Counted from the first letter of the stretch, positions 10,101 to 20,363 are shown. The stretch: DNA of 64,000 nucleotides from an uncultured Acidimicrobium sp. (GCA_964465475.1 CAYXIY010000001.1:44312-108311); one strand, 5' to 3'. The notes: generated from the sequence alone by a model not told the origin. Numbers and translations: made by a program.

Positions 10101-12207
10101 GCTCCAGTGCCGTCACTGCACTCCTTGCGGACGAAAAACACGGCACTCCGCGTCGAAGCATCTCCGCGACGCCAGGGTTGCCACGATCGGCGGTTCCAAG
10201 TTCCGTGACCACGAGAATTGGTTTGGAGTATTCGAGGGACAGTTCGACAGCAGCGCTCGCATACTTGACATCTTGTCCCTCGTGGAATGACACGATCCGA
10301 TCAAGGCCATGGTCGGGATAAAAACGACCTTCGCGCATCAAACGCGCCTGGTTGCTTTGGATACCCATACCGAGAAAGACGACGGAGTCAACGTCTGGCG
10401 ATTCGACCAGGATCTTCATGATCGTTGCGACCGTTTCACGCGTCTCCCCTCCTGCACAGTCGATGGGATTACCTCGACTCCATCGTGCGGGCAACAGCGA
10501 CCCGATCTCGGCGATCATGTCCGGTCCGAGTGCCGCTAGCGACAGAACTGACGATGAACCAATGCAATCCGCGACGGCTACTCCCCATCCGCCGACGGTG
10601 GTCAACACGGCGACTCTTCCCCCTCGTGGCGACGGCAACGACGCCATCAGGGCGGCTGCATCAAATGCCTCGTCGATCGATCGGCATGCAGTGATCCCGT
10701 ACTGCTCGCACGCGCCGAGAAACGCCGCAGAGTTCCCCGCAAGCGACCCTGTGTGGCTCGACGCCGCCTGAGCGCCCTGCGAGGTGGTGCCACCTTTGAC
10801 GACGACCACGGGCTTGGTGTGCACCATCTCGCGCGACACGCGCAGCAGGTCCGATGCCCGGCCGACGTCTTCTAAATAGCAAATGGCAACCGTGGTGTTC
10901 GTGTCGTGGGAAAGGAACTCGAGCACCTCCGGAATACCCACATGAGGTGCGTTTCCTATCGACAACGCCCGCGAGATGCCGACTCCCGACGCCCGGGCCA
11001 TGTTCATGAGCGACGACACGAAGTTGCCGCTCTGAGACGCAATACCGATCGATCCACGGGGCGGATATGGACCGACGATTTGAAGGCACAGATTCGACGG
11101 TGTACTCACGAGACCTTGGCCATTGGGTCCTGCAATCGTCACTCCCCGCTGGATTGCACGGTCCACGAGACGCTCTTCGGCTCGAGCACCATCCTCGTCA
11201 GTCTCGCGATATCCCGCGGTCGTCACGAACGCAGCCGTAACGCCCTTGTCCGCCAGCGCGTCGAGAATGGCCTCGTTGGCGTCTCTAGGCGTACAGATGA
11301 ATGCAACGTCGACTACACCGTGTGGCATCTCCGAGACGTCCGCATACGTCTCGGCACCGAGGTACGAACTTGCGCCTCTGCCGATAGCGATCGTTCGTCC
11401 CGCGTAGCCGCTCGCGAGCAGATTGTGAAGGACGACAAAACCAAACTTTCCTGGGTGTGTCGACGCTCCGACGACACACACGCCCTTCGGATCGAACAAG
11501 GGTCGAAGATCCACGCCCTCACCCCACCGTCCGGCTAGCGCCTCCACTGGTTCGTCGAGGGTGATGAGGGCATCTACTGCGCAGAGAGTTCCGTCATCAC
11601 GAACGATCACGGGATTGAGATCGACCGAACTGATCGAACGGTCCTGCATGACCCCTGCCAGACCCGTGGCGATTCCGTGCAGTGCGACGATGTCCAGCGG
11701 AGCACAGTGGCGCGCACCATGGAACACGGCAGACGATCGAAGGCTGGCAACCATCGCCTCGACGTCACTTTCGCTGACTGGCATTTGCCTGATCGACGTA
11801 TCTGCAATCTGTTCGGCGAATATTCCTCCCGCTCCAATGAGGAGGCAGGGACCGAGTGAGGGATCCCGAAATGCTCCGACAATCAGTTCTCGCTCCCCGA
11901 CCGTCATCTCCGCAACCGTGAGGGACACCTCTCCGTCATCGGGGCGGATACGACCGAGTATTTCGGTCGCAGCACCCTCGACGTCACCAGGGTTCGCCAA
12001 ACCGAGACGGACGAGACCCCGTTCCGACTTGTGCGACAACAGTGGACCATTCGCCTTCACGACGAATGGCGGACGATGGCTATGGGCCCAGGACGCCGCT
12101 GCGCGTGGCTCGTGAACGACTCCCTCGACACCGAACGGAATGCCATGGCGGGCCAGGACTTCCTTGGACGCCGACTCGGACAGGGTCGCGGGGTTCGGCA
12201 CGTTCAT
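10069..12207 (-). CDS. ADP-forming acyl/acetyl-CoA synthetase, single polypeptide (ATP-grasp + CoA-binding + ligase-CoA domains)
   Basis: 712 aa. N-terminal ATP-grasp-like segment, then a CoA-binding Rossmann segment (VCVVGASTHPGKFG) and succinyl-CoA-synthetase-like domains. No C-terminal GNAT domain. Confidence 0.8.
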   Translation of the reverse strand: MNVPNPATLSESASKEVLARHGIPFGVEGVVHEPRAAASWAHSHRPPFVVKANGPLLSHKSERGLVRLGLANPGDVEGAATEILGRIRPDDGEVSLTVAEMTVGERELIVGAFRDPSLGPCLLIGAGGIFAEQIADTSIRQMPVSESDVEAMVASLRSSAVFHGARHCAPLDIVALHGIATGLAGVMQDRSISSVDLNPVIVRDDGTLCAVDALITLDEPVEALAGRWGEGVDLRPLFDPKGVCVVGASTHPGKFGFVVLHNLLASGYAGRTIAIGRGASSYLGAETYADVSEMPHGVVDVAFICTPRDANEAILDALADKGVTAAFVTTAGYRETDEDGARAEERLVDRAIQRGVTIAGPNGQGLVSTPSNLCLQIVGPYPPRGSIGIASQSGNFVSSLMNMARASGVGISRALSIGNAPHVGIPEVLEFLSHDTNTTVAICYLEDVGRASDLLRVSREMVHTKPVVVVKGGTTSQGAQAASSHTGSLAGNSAAFLGACEQYGITACRSIDEAFDAAALMASLPSPRGGRVAVLTTVGGWGVAVADCIGSSSVLSLAALGPDMIAEIGSLLPARWSRGNPIDCAGGETRETVATIMKILVESPDVDSVVFLGMGIQSNQARLMREGRFYPDHGLDRIVSFHEGQDVKYASAAVELSLEYSKPILVVTELGTADRGNPGVAEMLRRGVPCFSSARSAVTALEHATKWGMRRG

Positions 12208-12219
12208 ACAGTAGTTGGC

Positions 12220-13284
12220 GTGGTCCTGAGCATCACCGCATCGAATCTCTTTGACGGTTTCGAGATGCGAGGACCGTCAACAGTGTCGTGGGAGGACGGA
12301 ATCATCGTCGAGATCCGTGAAGCGCAACCACACGAGGACAGACACGTCGACCTCCTCTCGCCCGGATACATCGACCTGCAGGTGAATGGCGTCGGTGACC
12401 GCAGAGTCGCCGACCATCCTTTCGATCTCGCCCCGATCGCTGAACTCTTGAGCGTCCAGGGAGTCACCACGTGGCTGCCGACGGTGCCCACTCAGCGAGC
12501 CGACTTCTATGCGCTCGAAAACATCGACGCACTCGTCGGAGCGTGCGTGCTGCCTCCACACCTACCGCAAGCTGTCGGCGTGCACTGTGAAGGACCGCTG
12601 CTCGGCGGCAAACCGGGTGCCCATCGCAGCGACTACTTCGCTGCGTCCCCGAGCATTCTTGATGCGCTCGCGTTGGCGCGAATGGTCACCCTCGCACCAG
12701 AGCATCCTCTGGCGTCGGAGGCGACGTCGCTTCTCGCTGCACGAGGCGTTCTCGTCTCTCTCGGACATACGACTGCGACAAGCCAACAAGTAGACGAGTT
12801 CGTTCGTCGCGGTGGACGATGTGCGACGCATCTGTTCAATGCGATGAGCGGCATAGATCATGTGACCGGGGGCGTCGCCCTGAGCGTTCTAAACGACTCT
12901 CGTATCGCGTTTTCGATGATCGTCGACCTCGAGCACGTCTCCGCCGAGGTTGTTGCGCACGCGTGGCGACACGCAGCTGACCGGATGTTCCTCGTGTCCG
13001 ATCAGGTCTCGACCATCGTCGACGCAAGTATGAACGACAGTGCGCGGCTTCGTGGCGCACGGGTCGGACTCGATCAAGGGGTTCGCAATCTGGTCCAGTC
13101 GTGCCGAGTCCCAATCGGTGACGCCCTCGCAGCGGCATCCCGAATCCCCGCCGAAGTCCTCGGCCTTTCGGACAGGGGGCAACTGAGCGTTGGTCGTAGG
13201 GCTGACTTCGTCTTACTCGACGCCGACTTGTCGGTTACCGGTGTGGTGTGTAGTGGATTCCCCAGCAAAGACCTCAGCGTCTAA
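12220..13284 (+). CDS. nagA: N-acetylglucosamine-6-phosphate deacetylase
   Basis: LSITASNLFDG...SPGYIDLQVNGVGD (E. coli-type QxN variant of the first metal motif), with amidohydrolase fold signatures downstream. GTG at 12220 is chosen because the conserved N-terminus precedes the ATG at 12265. Confidence 0.75.
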   Translation: MVLSITASNLFDGFEMRGPSTVSWEDGIIVEIREAQPHEDRHVDLLSPGYIDLQVNGVGDRRVADHPFDLAPIAELLSVQGVTTWLPTVPTQRADFYALENIDALVGACVLPPHLPQAVGVHCEGPLLGGKPGAHRSDYFAASPSILDALALARMVTLAPEHPLASEATSLLAARGVLVSLGHTTATSQQVDEFVRRGGRCATHLFNAMSGIDHVTGGVALSVLNDSRIAFSMIVDLEHVSAEVVAHAWRHAADRMFLVSDQVSTIVDASMNDSARLRGARVGLDQGVRNLVQSCRVPIGDALAAASRIPAEVLGLSDRGQLSVGRRADFVLLDADLSVTGVVCSGFPSKDLSV

Positions 13285-13293
13285 TCTCGTGGC

Positions 13294-15225
13294 GTGGCGT
13301 CCTTACCCTCGTTGAGCAGAACCACCGACGAGCAGGCCGTCTCGATCATCCGTGGCATCGCCATGGACGCGCCGCTCAGGGCCAAGAGCGGTCACCAAGG
13401 CACCGCGATGTCCCTTGCCCCACTCGGCCACGTCCTCTACAGCCGCGTGATGCGCCACCACCCCGGTGATCCGGGCTGGTTCTCGCGGGATCGGTTCATT
13501 CTGTCGTGCGGACATGCGTCGATATTGCAGTATGCGTTGCTGTACCTGAGTGGCTACGGACTCGAAAAGAGCGACCTGGAACAGTTCCGTCAGTGGGATT
13601 CATCGACGCCGGGCCACCCCGAAGCCGGCCACACCGCAGGAGTTGAGGTGACTACCGGCCCGTTGGGTCAGGGATTTGCCAATGCCGTCGGCATGGCGAT
13701 CGCCGAACGCGAGATCACCGCTCGATACGGAAGCGGGCTTGGACATCACACGTTCGTCGTCGCAGGCGATGGGTGCCTGATGGAGGGAATCAGCCACGAG
13801 GCTGCCTCCCTTGCAGGTCACCTCGGTCTCGAGAAGTTGATCTGCGTCTTCGATGACAACGGCATCACGATCGACGGGTCGACCTCACTCACGTGCTCGG
13901 ACGACGTCGTCGCACGTTTCACTGCCTACGGCTGGCGGGTCATCACGGCGCAGAACATCGCAAATGATCTCGACGGTCTCGAGGCGATGCTGAACGAGGC
14001 CAAGGCTTCTTCGGGCAAGCCGACGCTGTGCGTATTGTCGACGGTCATCGGAGATCCGTCCCCTACCCTGCGCGGCAAGCACGAGGCCCACGGCAACCCT
14101 TTCACCGCAGAACACGTGACGGAAGCCAAGGCGACGATGGGAATGCCGGACGTCCCGTTCTTCGCGCCACAAGAGGTCATCGACGAGTACAGGAGGGTGT
14201 CTCGCGAACGGGGCGCCCGATTCGTCGCCGATGCCCCGGAGCTTCCCACAGAACTTGCATCCGTCGACCTCGACCGAGTTCGTGCTTCTTTGCCAACGTT
14301 CGACGCGTCGACGGCCATGGCCACACGAGTGGCGATCCAAAAGGTCCTTGAGGCGACAGCCCCGGCATTGCCGCACCTGATCGTGGGCTCGGCGGACCTC
14401 ACCGGGAACACCGGCGTCAAGGTTTCGTCCTTCGGAGCCCAACAAAAGACTCAGCCTGACGGTCGGCAGATCTACTACGGAATCCGCGAGCATGCGATGG
14501 GAGCGGCGTGTGTCGGCATGGCGCTTCATGGTGGCTGCATACCGGTGTGCGGAACCTTCTTCGTGTTCGCCGACTACATGAAGCCCGCCATTCGGCTCGC
14601 GGCGTTGTCGAGGGCGCGAGCGGTGTTCGTCTTCAGCCACGATTCGGTCGGAGTCGGCGAGGACGGGCCCACACATCAGCCGGTGGAACAACTCGCGAGT
14701 CTTCGAAGCATCCCTGGTCTCCAGGTCATTCGTCCGGCTGACGCCAACGAGACGGCTGCGGCCTGGGTCGCAGCACTCGCATACGACGGTCCGACTGCAC
14801 TCATTCTCAGCAGACAGAACCTTGCGCAGACGACATCGGGCGTGGCCATCGAGCGTGGATTCGAAGTGTTGACACATCCGTCTGGTCCTGTCGACGCGTG
14901 CGTTGTTGCAACAGGCAGTGAGGTTGCAGTCGCGCTTGCTGCTTCGGCCGACCTTGCTTCATCCGGCATCACGCTCCGCGTCGTGTCCTTGCCGAGCTGG
15001 GACCGTGTGCGACGCATCGACCTCGACGGATTCTCTCGAGCCGTCGGCTCCTCGCCATCGTTTTCTCTCGAGGCCGCTTCGACGATGGGTTGGCACGAGT
15101 TTGTCGATCAACCCATCGGTATCGATCGCTTCGGTGCGAGTGCCCCCGGCAACGTCGTGATGGACAAGCTCGGGATATCCCCTTCCGCTGTCGCACAGGC
15201 GGTGCGAACGACGCTTGGACGCTGA
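13294..15225 (+). CDS. tkt: Transketolase
   Basis: 643 aa with KSGHQG, GDGCLMEG and GEDGPTHQPVE motifs. GTG start. Confidence 0.95.
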   Translation: MASLPSLSRTTDEQAVSIIRGIAMDAPLRAKSGHQGTAMSLAPLGHVLYSRVMRHHPGDPGWFSRDRFILSCGHASILQYALLYLSGYGLEKSDLEQFRQWDSSTPGHPEAGHTAGVEVTTGPLGQGFANAVGMAIAEREITARYGSGLGHHTFVVAGDGCLMEGISHEAASLAGHLGLEKLICVFDDNGITIDGSTSLTCSDDVVARFTAYGWRVITAQNIANDLDGLEAMLNEAKASSGKPTLCVLSTVIGDPSPTLRGKHEAHGNPFTAEHVTEAKATMGMPDVPFFAPQEVIDEYRRVSRERGARFVADAPELPTELASVDLDRVRASLPTFDASTAMATRVAIQKVLEATAPALPHLIVGSADLTGNTGVKVSSFGAQQKTQPDGRQIYYGIREHAMGAACVGMALHGGCIPVCGTFFVFADYMKPAIRLAALSRARAVFVFSHDSVGVGEDGPTHQPVEQLASLRSIPGLQVIRPADANETAAAWVAALAYDGPTALILSRQNLAQTTSGVAIERGFEVLTHPSGPVDACVVATGSEVAVALAASADLASSGITLRVVSLPSWDRVRRIDLDGFSRAVGSSPSFSLEAASTMGWHEFVDQPIGIDRFGASAPGNVVMDKLGISPSAVAQAVRTTLGR

Positions 15226-15228
15226 TCG

Positions 15229-16311
15229 ATGAATCTCCGTCGGCTGCACGAGGAGTTCGGACAAAGCCCGTGGTTGGACAATCTCCGCAGGGACGCCCTG
15301 GTCGACGGATCCCTGACGGCTGCGATTGAACGGGGCGTCCGGGGTCTCACCTCCAATCCGACGATCTTCCAGAAAGCGATAACCACCTCGACCCTCTACG
15401 ACGAGCAGTTTTCGGATCTCGTCGCATCGGGGTCATCCGTCGAAGAGGCCTATTGGGAACTCGTCGTGAGCGACATTGTTGGAGCCTGCGACCATTTCTC
15501 GACCCTCCACCGCGAGTCAGGTGGCGTCGACGGCTTCGTCAGCGTCGAAGTGAGCCCTGCCTTGTGCCATGACAGCGCGGGAACGATCAAAGCCGCAAAG
15601 GATCTCCACCGCAGGATTGGTCGAACGAACGTGATGATCAAGATTCCTGCGACGGACGCCGGACTCGATGCGATCACCGACGTTGTCGCCGCAGGCATAT
15701 CCGTGAACGTCACCCTCATTTTCGGGCTCGCGCGATACCGCCAGGTCTTGGATGCACACCGCCGAGGGGTGGAACGATTGGCGCAGAGCGATCCGAGCCG
15801 GCTTGTATCGACGGCGAGCGTGGCAAGCTTTTTCATCTCAAGAGTGGACAACGTCGTCGACCCCTTGATCCAGACTCACGGTCTCCGGCAGGGCTTCACC
15901 GCTATCGCCCAGGCGAAGGTGGCGTACCGAACGTTCGTCGAGGCAATGGTGAAGTCGCAGTGGTCCGCACTCGGAGCAAAGGGTGCCCAAGAGCAGCGCC
16001 CACTCTGGGCTTCGACATCGACGAAGAATCCGGCGTTTTCCCCCACGCTGTACGTGGATGAGCTGATCGGCCCTCGGACGGTCAACACTCTTCCCGATGC
16101 GACTCTCGAAGCATTCGATGCGCACGGTCATCTGGCACGGACCATCGACGAAGGCCTAGATGAGGCAGCCTCCCATCTCGACGCGGTATCGAACTGTGGC
16201 GTAGACCTGGAGACAGTTGCTCAACGACTCGAGGCGGACGGCTTGTCGTCGTTTCAGGCAAGCTTCGACGACCTCTTGTCGACGTTGTCGGCGAAGCGGT
16301 CTGCACGGTGA
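15229..16311 (+). CDS. tal: Transaldolase (long actinobacterial type)
   Basis: 360 aa with TSNPTIF and NVMIKIPAT (Schiff-base Lys). Starts 3 nt after tkt. Confidence 0.9.
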   Translation: MNLRRLHEEFGQSPWLDNLRRDALVDGSLTAAIERGVRGLTSNPTIFQKAITTSTLYDEQFSDLVASGSSVEEAYWELVVSDIVGACDHFSTLHRESGGVDGFVSVEVSPALCHDSAGTIKAAKDLHRRIGRTNVMIKIPATDAGLDAITDVVAAGISVNVTLIFGLARYRQVLDAHRRGVERLAQSDPSRLVSTASVASFFISRVDNVVDPLIQTHGLRQGFTAIAQAKVAYRTFVEAMVKSQWSALGAKGAQEQRPLWASTSTKNPAFSPTLYVDELIGPRTVNTLPDATLEAFDAHGHLARTIDEGLDEAASHLDAVSNCGVDLETVAQRLEADGLSSFQASFDDLLSTLSAKRSAR

Positions 16312-17342
16312 GCGACGGCGACCGCCTCGACCGAGCCCGCTCTTTGGCCGACTCGATCATTTCGGCCGACATCACGGGACCGCGACGCGAACGTTACGTC
16401 GACCTCGTCGAGACAGCCGTCCTGCTCTGTGAAGACGACCTCAGCGATCTCGACTTCAAGATTGCCGGATCCGCTCTCCGTGAGATGCGTGAAGCATTTG
16501 CCATGTTCCGCCCTTATGCGGGACTGCGCAAGGTGACCATCTTCGGCTCGGCTCGCACGAAGGCCCACGATCCCCTCTACGACCACACGGCTCGTCTTGC
16601 CGCACGGCTCGCCGAACGTGGATGGATGGTCGTTACGGGTGCAGGTCCGGGAATCATGGAAGCTGGGATGGTCGGTGCTGGAAGGGAAATGTCCATCGGC
16701 GTGTCGATTCGTCTTCCCTTCGAAACTGGTGCGAATCCGATCATCGCGGGAGACGAAAAGTACGTGTCGATGCGGTATTTCTTCACTCGCAAGTTGATGC
16801 TCGTGAAGGAGTCCCATGCGTTCGTCGCCTTGCCAGGAGGTTTCGGAACGCTCGACGAGACTTTCGAGTTACTCACCCTGCTCCAGACGGGAAAGAGCGT
16901 TCCCGTACCCGTCGTCCTGATGAATCTCGACGAGTCGATGTTTTGGGAGCATCTCGACGACTTCTTCCGTAAGACCCTGCTACCGATGGGGATGATCTCC
17001 GAGGATGACTTCAGCCATTATCTGCTGACCAGCAGTATCGAACGTGCAGTATCGGAGATTTCGACTTTCTACTCGAACTACGACTCATTGCGTTTCGTCG
17101 GACCCAACTTGTACATCCGTCACAGAAGGAAACTGACCGAATCCGACGTCGCCGAGCTAAACGTGGAATTCGCCGACCTGCTCACGGATGGAACGATTGC
17201 GGTGAGCGAACCCTCCAAGGCTGAACGAACTGAGAACGACCGACTCGATCTCGAGAGGTTGAAGCTCCGATTCGACAAGCGTTCCTATGGACGACTACGA
17301 GAACTGATCAATCGCCTGAATCAACTCGGCGCAGCGTCGTAA
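16308..17342 (+). CDS. LOG/TIGR00730-family nucleotide N-glycosidase-like protein with N- and C-terminal extensions
   Basis: VVTGAGPGIMEAG and PGGFGTLDE motifs. At 344 aa it is much longer than minimal LOG proteins. GTGA overlap with the tal stop. Confidence 0.75.
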   Translation: MSDGDRLDRARSLADSIISADITGPRRERYVDLVETAVLLCEDDLSDLDFKIAGSALREMREAFAMFRPYAGLRKVTIFGSARTKAHDPLYDHTARLAARLAERGWMVVTGAGPGIMEAGMVGAGREMSIGVSIRLPFETGANPIIAGDEKYVSMRYFFTRKLMLVKESHAFVALPGGFGTLDETFELLTLLQTGKSVPVPVVLMNLDESMFWEHLDDFFRKTLLPMGMISEDDFSHYLLTSSIERAVSEISTFYSNYDSLRFVGPNLYIRHRRKLTESDVAELNVEFADLLTDGTIAVSEPSKAERTENDRLDLERLKLRFDKRSYGRLRELINRLNQLGAAS

Positions 17343-17511
17343 TCGCCTTCTCGACAGACCGTCTCGCAATGGTGATGCTGCGCTCGGTCTCAGGCCTCCG
17401 AGTCTCACCTTTGCCGTTTGCCTCCATCAGCGCCGCGATGGCGGCATCAGCGAGCTCCTCCGAGATTGACTCCAAACGGCTGATGACATCGTCAACGTTC
17501 ACCCTCTCAGT

Positions 17512-18282
17512 ATGGCATCGGACTTTCAGATCCGATGTCCATCCACTATCGTCGCCGACGTGCCAAAACCCGCAAATGTTCATGAGTGGATCAGCTTCGA
17601 CGACGACGATCGTGACCAGACGTGGATGTTCGACGAGACGTTCATGCGGTCCAACTACAAGTGCATCTATGGGGAGGGATGCAAAGGCGTCCTCGATGAC
17701 GACGCGACACACCTCCAGCAAGGCTGCTGTAGCTATGGTGCGCATTTCTTGGACAAGAAGGACCTCGCAAACGTCAAGAAGTTCGTTTCGCGACTGAAGC
17801 CCCGTCATTGGCAGAACTTCAACAAGGGCAAGGACGGACGCTGGATGATGAAGGAGCGAGACGGGAGCGAGAAGACTCGCCGCGTCAACGGCGCCTGCAT
17901 CTTTCACAACGAGCCAGACTTCGAAGGCGGTATGGGTTGTGCGTTCCACATCGCGGCCCTCGAGGCTGGAGAACGTCCCATGGACTGGAAGCCAGACGTG
18001 TGCTGGCAGGTACCGGTTCGCCTCGACGAGCTCGACGAAGACGATGGCCATCGAGTCGCCTTCGTGCGCGAGTGGAAACGTCGCGACTGGGGCGGCGGTG
18101 GAGAAGACTTCCATTGGTGGTGTACCGACGATCCATCGGCCTTCGTCGGCAAGGAACCGGTCTACAAGTACCTGAAGGACGAGATTGTGGAACTCGTCGG
18201 ACTTCCGGTCTACAAGAAGCTCGTCACGCTCCTGGAAGAGAAGCGGTCGACCCCACTTCCCCACCCGAAGGTGCGACGCTAA
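17512..18282 (+). CDS. Conserved Cys-rich protein (YkgJ/UPF0153-like metal-binding pattern), function unknown
   Basis: 256 aa with spaced Cys motifs: KCIYGEGCKG, QGCCSYGAHF, GACIFHN...GCAFH, DVCWQVP, WWC. An in-frame stop at 17467..17469 fixes the ATG at 17512. Confidence 0.6.
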   Translation: MASDFQIRCPSTIVADVPKPANVHEWISFDDDDRDQTWMFDETFMRSNYKCIYGEGCKGVLDDDATHLQQGCCSYGAHFLDKKDLANVKKFVSRLKPRHWQNFNKGKDGRWMMKERDGSEKTRRVNGACIFHNEPDFEGGMGCAFHIAALEAGERPMDWKPDVCWQVPVRLDELDEDDGHRVAFVREWKRRDWGGGGEDFHWWCTDDPSAFVGKEPVYKYLKDEIVELVGLPVYKKLVTLLEEKRSTPLPHPKVRR

Positions 18283-20121
18283 CTACTTGCGATTGTTCTT
18301 CTTGCGGTCCTCGAGATTGAGGAACCGCTTGCGAATACGAATCGCGTCCGGGGTCACCTCCACGAGCTCGTCGTCGCCGATCCATTCGATCGCCGTCTCC
18401 AACGTGTGCGTCACCGGAGTTGCAAGCTTCGGTCCGTCATCGTGGCTGTGCGTGCGAATGTTCGTCTTCTCCTTGGCACGAACTGCATTCACCACCATCT
18501 CTTCTTCGCGGGAGTTCTCACCAACGACCATGCCCTCGTAGACGTCGTCACCGGGCGAGACGAACAACGTGCCTCGAAGCTGAAGGTTGTCGAGCGCGTA
18601 TGCGGTGGTCGACCCGATTCGATCGGCGACCATCGCTCCACCGGTGCGGTGTGGAAGTTCGCCAGCCCACGCCGTCCAGCCGTTGAGTGACTGGTGGAGC
18701 AAGGCGGTACCGCGGGTCACGGTCAGAACGAGCGAACGAAAGCCGATCAGACCGCGAGAAGGAGCCTCGAACGAAATGATCGTTCGACCAGGGTCCCCTG
18801 GGCGGAGATCCGTGATCCGACCCTTGCGCGGCGCCAGTGCCTGAGTGATCGCTCCGACGTATTCGTCGGGCACGTCACACGTTCCCGTCTCGAGTGGTTC
18901 ATGCTTCTTCCCCTCGATTTCACGCGTGATGACTTCCGGTCGGCTGACCTGTAACTCGAATCCTTCTCGGCGCATGTTCTCGATCAGCACGGCCAGCTGG
19001 AGTTCTCCGCGTCCGGCGACTTCCATCACGTCGGCAGAGTCCGTCTCGGCGATCTTGATGCTGACGTTTCCAAGAATTTCCTTCTTCAAACGGTCTCGAA
19101 GGTGTCGGGACGTGAGGTACTTGCCCGAGCGACCCGCATACGGCGAGGTGTTGACGCCGAAGCTCATGCGAAGAACGGGCTCGTCGACCTCCAAACGCGG
19201 AAGTGGGACGGGGTTCTCGATGGTCGCGATGGTGTCGCCAACTTCGACCTCCTCGATGCCCGACATGATGAACAGGTCACCTGCGACGACCTCCTGCACC
19301 TCCACCCGATCGATTCCGGCGAATGCGAACAAACCAGTCAATTTGCTCTTCAGCATGGGTGCAGGGTTCGACTCGGTCGGTTTCTGGCACAGCACGACCT
19401 GCTGCCCCTTGCGCATGACGCCAGCAACAACTCGACCGATAGCGAGACGGCCGAGGTAGTCACTGGCGTCAAGGTTCGTCACGAGCGCTTGCAGCGGCGC
19501 GTCAAGATCGTTCTGCGGGACTGGTATGTGCTCGAGGATTGCGTCGAGCAGGGGCGACAAATCGGCGTCTGGAGCAGGCATGCCGATTCCCTTCATCGAA
19601 CGACTCTCGCGCGCGACCGCCGAATACACGGGGAAGCTCAGGTGATGGTCGGAGTGAGCGAGGTCAAGGAACAGTTGCTCGACCTCGTGGAGGACCTCCT
19701 CCGGACGAGCATCACCTCGATCGACCTTGTTGATCACGAGGATGACCGGCAGGTCCTGGGCGAGAGCCTTGGAGAGTACGTAGCGCGTCTGAGGAAGCGG
19801 GCCTTCTGCTGCATCCACGAGGAGCAAGATCCCGTCTACGAGGGCGAGTGCACGTTCGACTTCTCCACCGAAATCGGCGTGACCCGGCGTGTCGACCAAG
19901 TTGATCTTGACGCCCTTCCATTCCACCTGCGCGGCCTTGGCCAGGATGGTGATTCCACGCTCACGCTCCTGGTCGTTGTTGTCCATGACGCGGTCGACGA
20001 CGGCCGCATGACTCGAAAACGTTCCTGTGCTCCGCAACAATGCGTCGACCAGTGTGGTTTTGCCGTGGTCGACGTGCGCGACAAGGGCAATGCTTCTCAA
20101 CTTCTCAGGGGGTGTAGACAT
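18283..20121 (-). CDS. typA: Translational GTPase TypA/BipA
   Basis: 612 aa with [17 protein letters not shown] and NKVD motifs. GGAAGG RBS. Confidence 0.95.
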   Translation of the reverse strand: MSTPPEKLRSIALVAHVDHGKTTLVDALLRSTGTFSSHAAVVDRVMDNNDQERERGITILAKAAQVEWKGVKINLVDTPGHADFGGEVERALALVDGILLLVDAAEGPLPQTRYVLSKALAQDLPVILVINKVDRGDARPEEVLHEVEQLFLDLAHSDHHLSFPVYSAVARESRSMKGIGMPAPDADLSPLLDAILEHIPVPQNDLDAPLQALVTNLDASDYLGRLAIGRVVAGVMRKGQQVVLCQKPTESNPAPMLKSKLTGLFAFAGIDRVEVQEVVAGDLFIMSGIEEVEVGDTIATIENPVPLPRLEVDEPVLRMSFGVNTSPYAGRSGKYLTSRHLRDRLKKEILGNVSIKIAETDSADVMEVAGRGELQLAVLIENMRREGFELQVSRPEVITREIEGKKHEPLETGTCDVPDEYVGAITQALAPRKGRITDLRPGDPGRTIISFEAPSRGLIGFRSLVLTVTRGTALLHQSLNGWTAWAGELPHRTGGAMVADRIGSTTAYALDNLQLRGTLFVSPGDDVYEGMVVGENSREEEMVVNAVRAKEKTNIRTHSHDDGPKLATPVTHTLETAIEWIGDDELVEVTPDAIRIRKRFLNLEDRKKNNRK

Positions 20122-20144
20122 GTGTCCTTCCGCCGGCGAGTGAC

Positions 20145-20363
20145 CTACTGGTCCTCGTCGGCCTCTTCTTCGTCATCATCGAACCGAACGCCGTAGCGCT
20201 CGGCAATAGCCGCATACTCGTCCTCTTCGGACTGGGGTTGACGGCTGCGGCCGAGTCCCAGGTCTTCCGGGGACGGACCAGACTGCTTCAACTTGCGCGC
20301 TTCTTCGAAGCGTCGATGTCGACCCTTCTTCACGTGGTGGCTCCAAACTTGCTGGACGACCAC
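20145..20363 (-). CDS. Small basic-N/acidic-C protein (DUF3073-like)
   Basis: ...VKKGRHRRFEEARKLKQSGP...DDDEEEADEDQ. The true start is possibly the GTG at 20333. Conserved position upstream of typA is an inference only. Confidence 0.45.
   Translation of the reverse strand: MVVQQVWSHHVKKGRHRRFEEARKLKQSGPSPEDLGLGRSRQPQSEEDEYAAIAERYGVRFDDDEEEADEDQ

Noticed and set aside
17308-18264. 318-aa minus-strand ORF covering the Cys-rich protein gene.
   Set aside because: It is antisense to an ORF with a clear conserved Cys pattern, and its composition looks like a shadow frame. Only its last 64 codons (17308..17502) fall in non-coding DNA, and those lack a properly spaced RBS.
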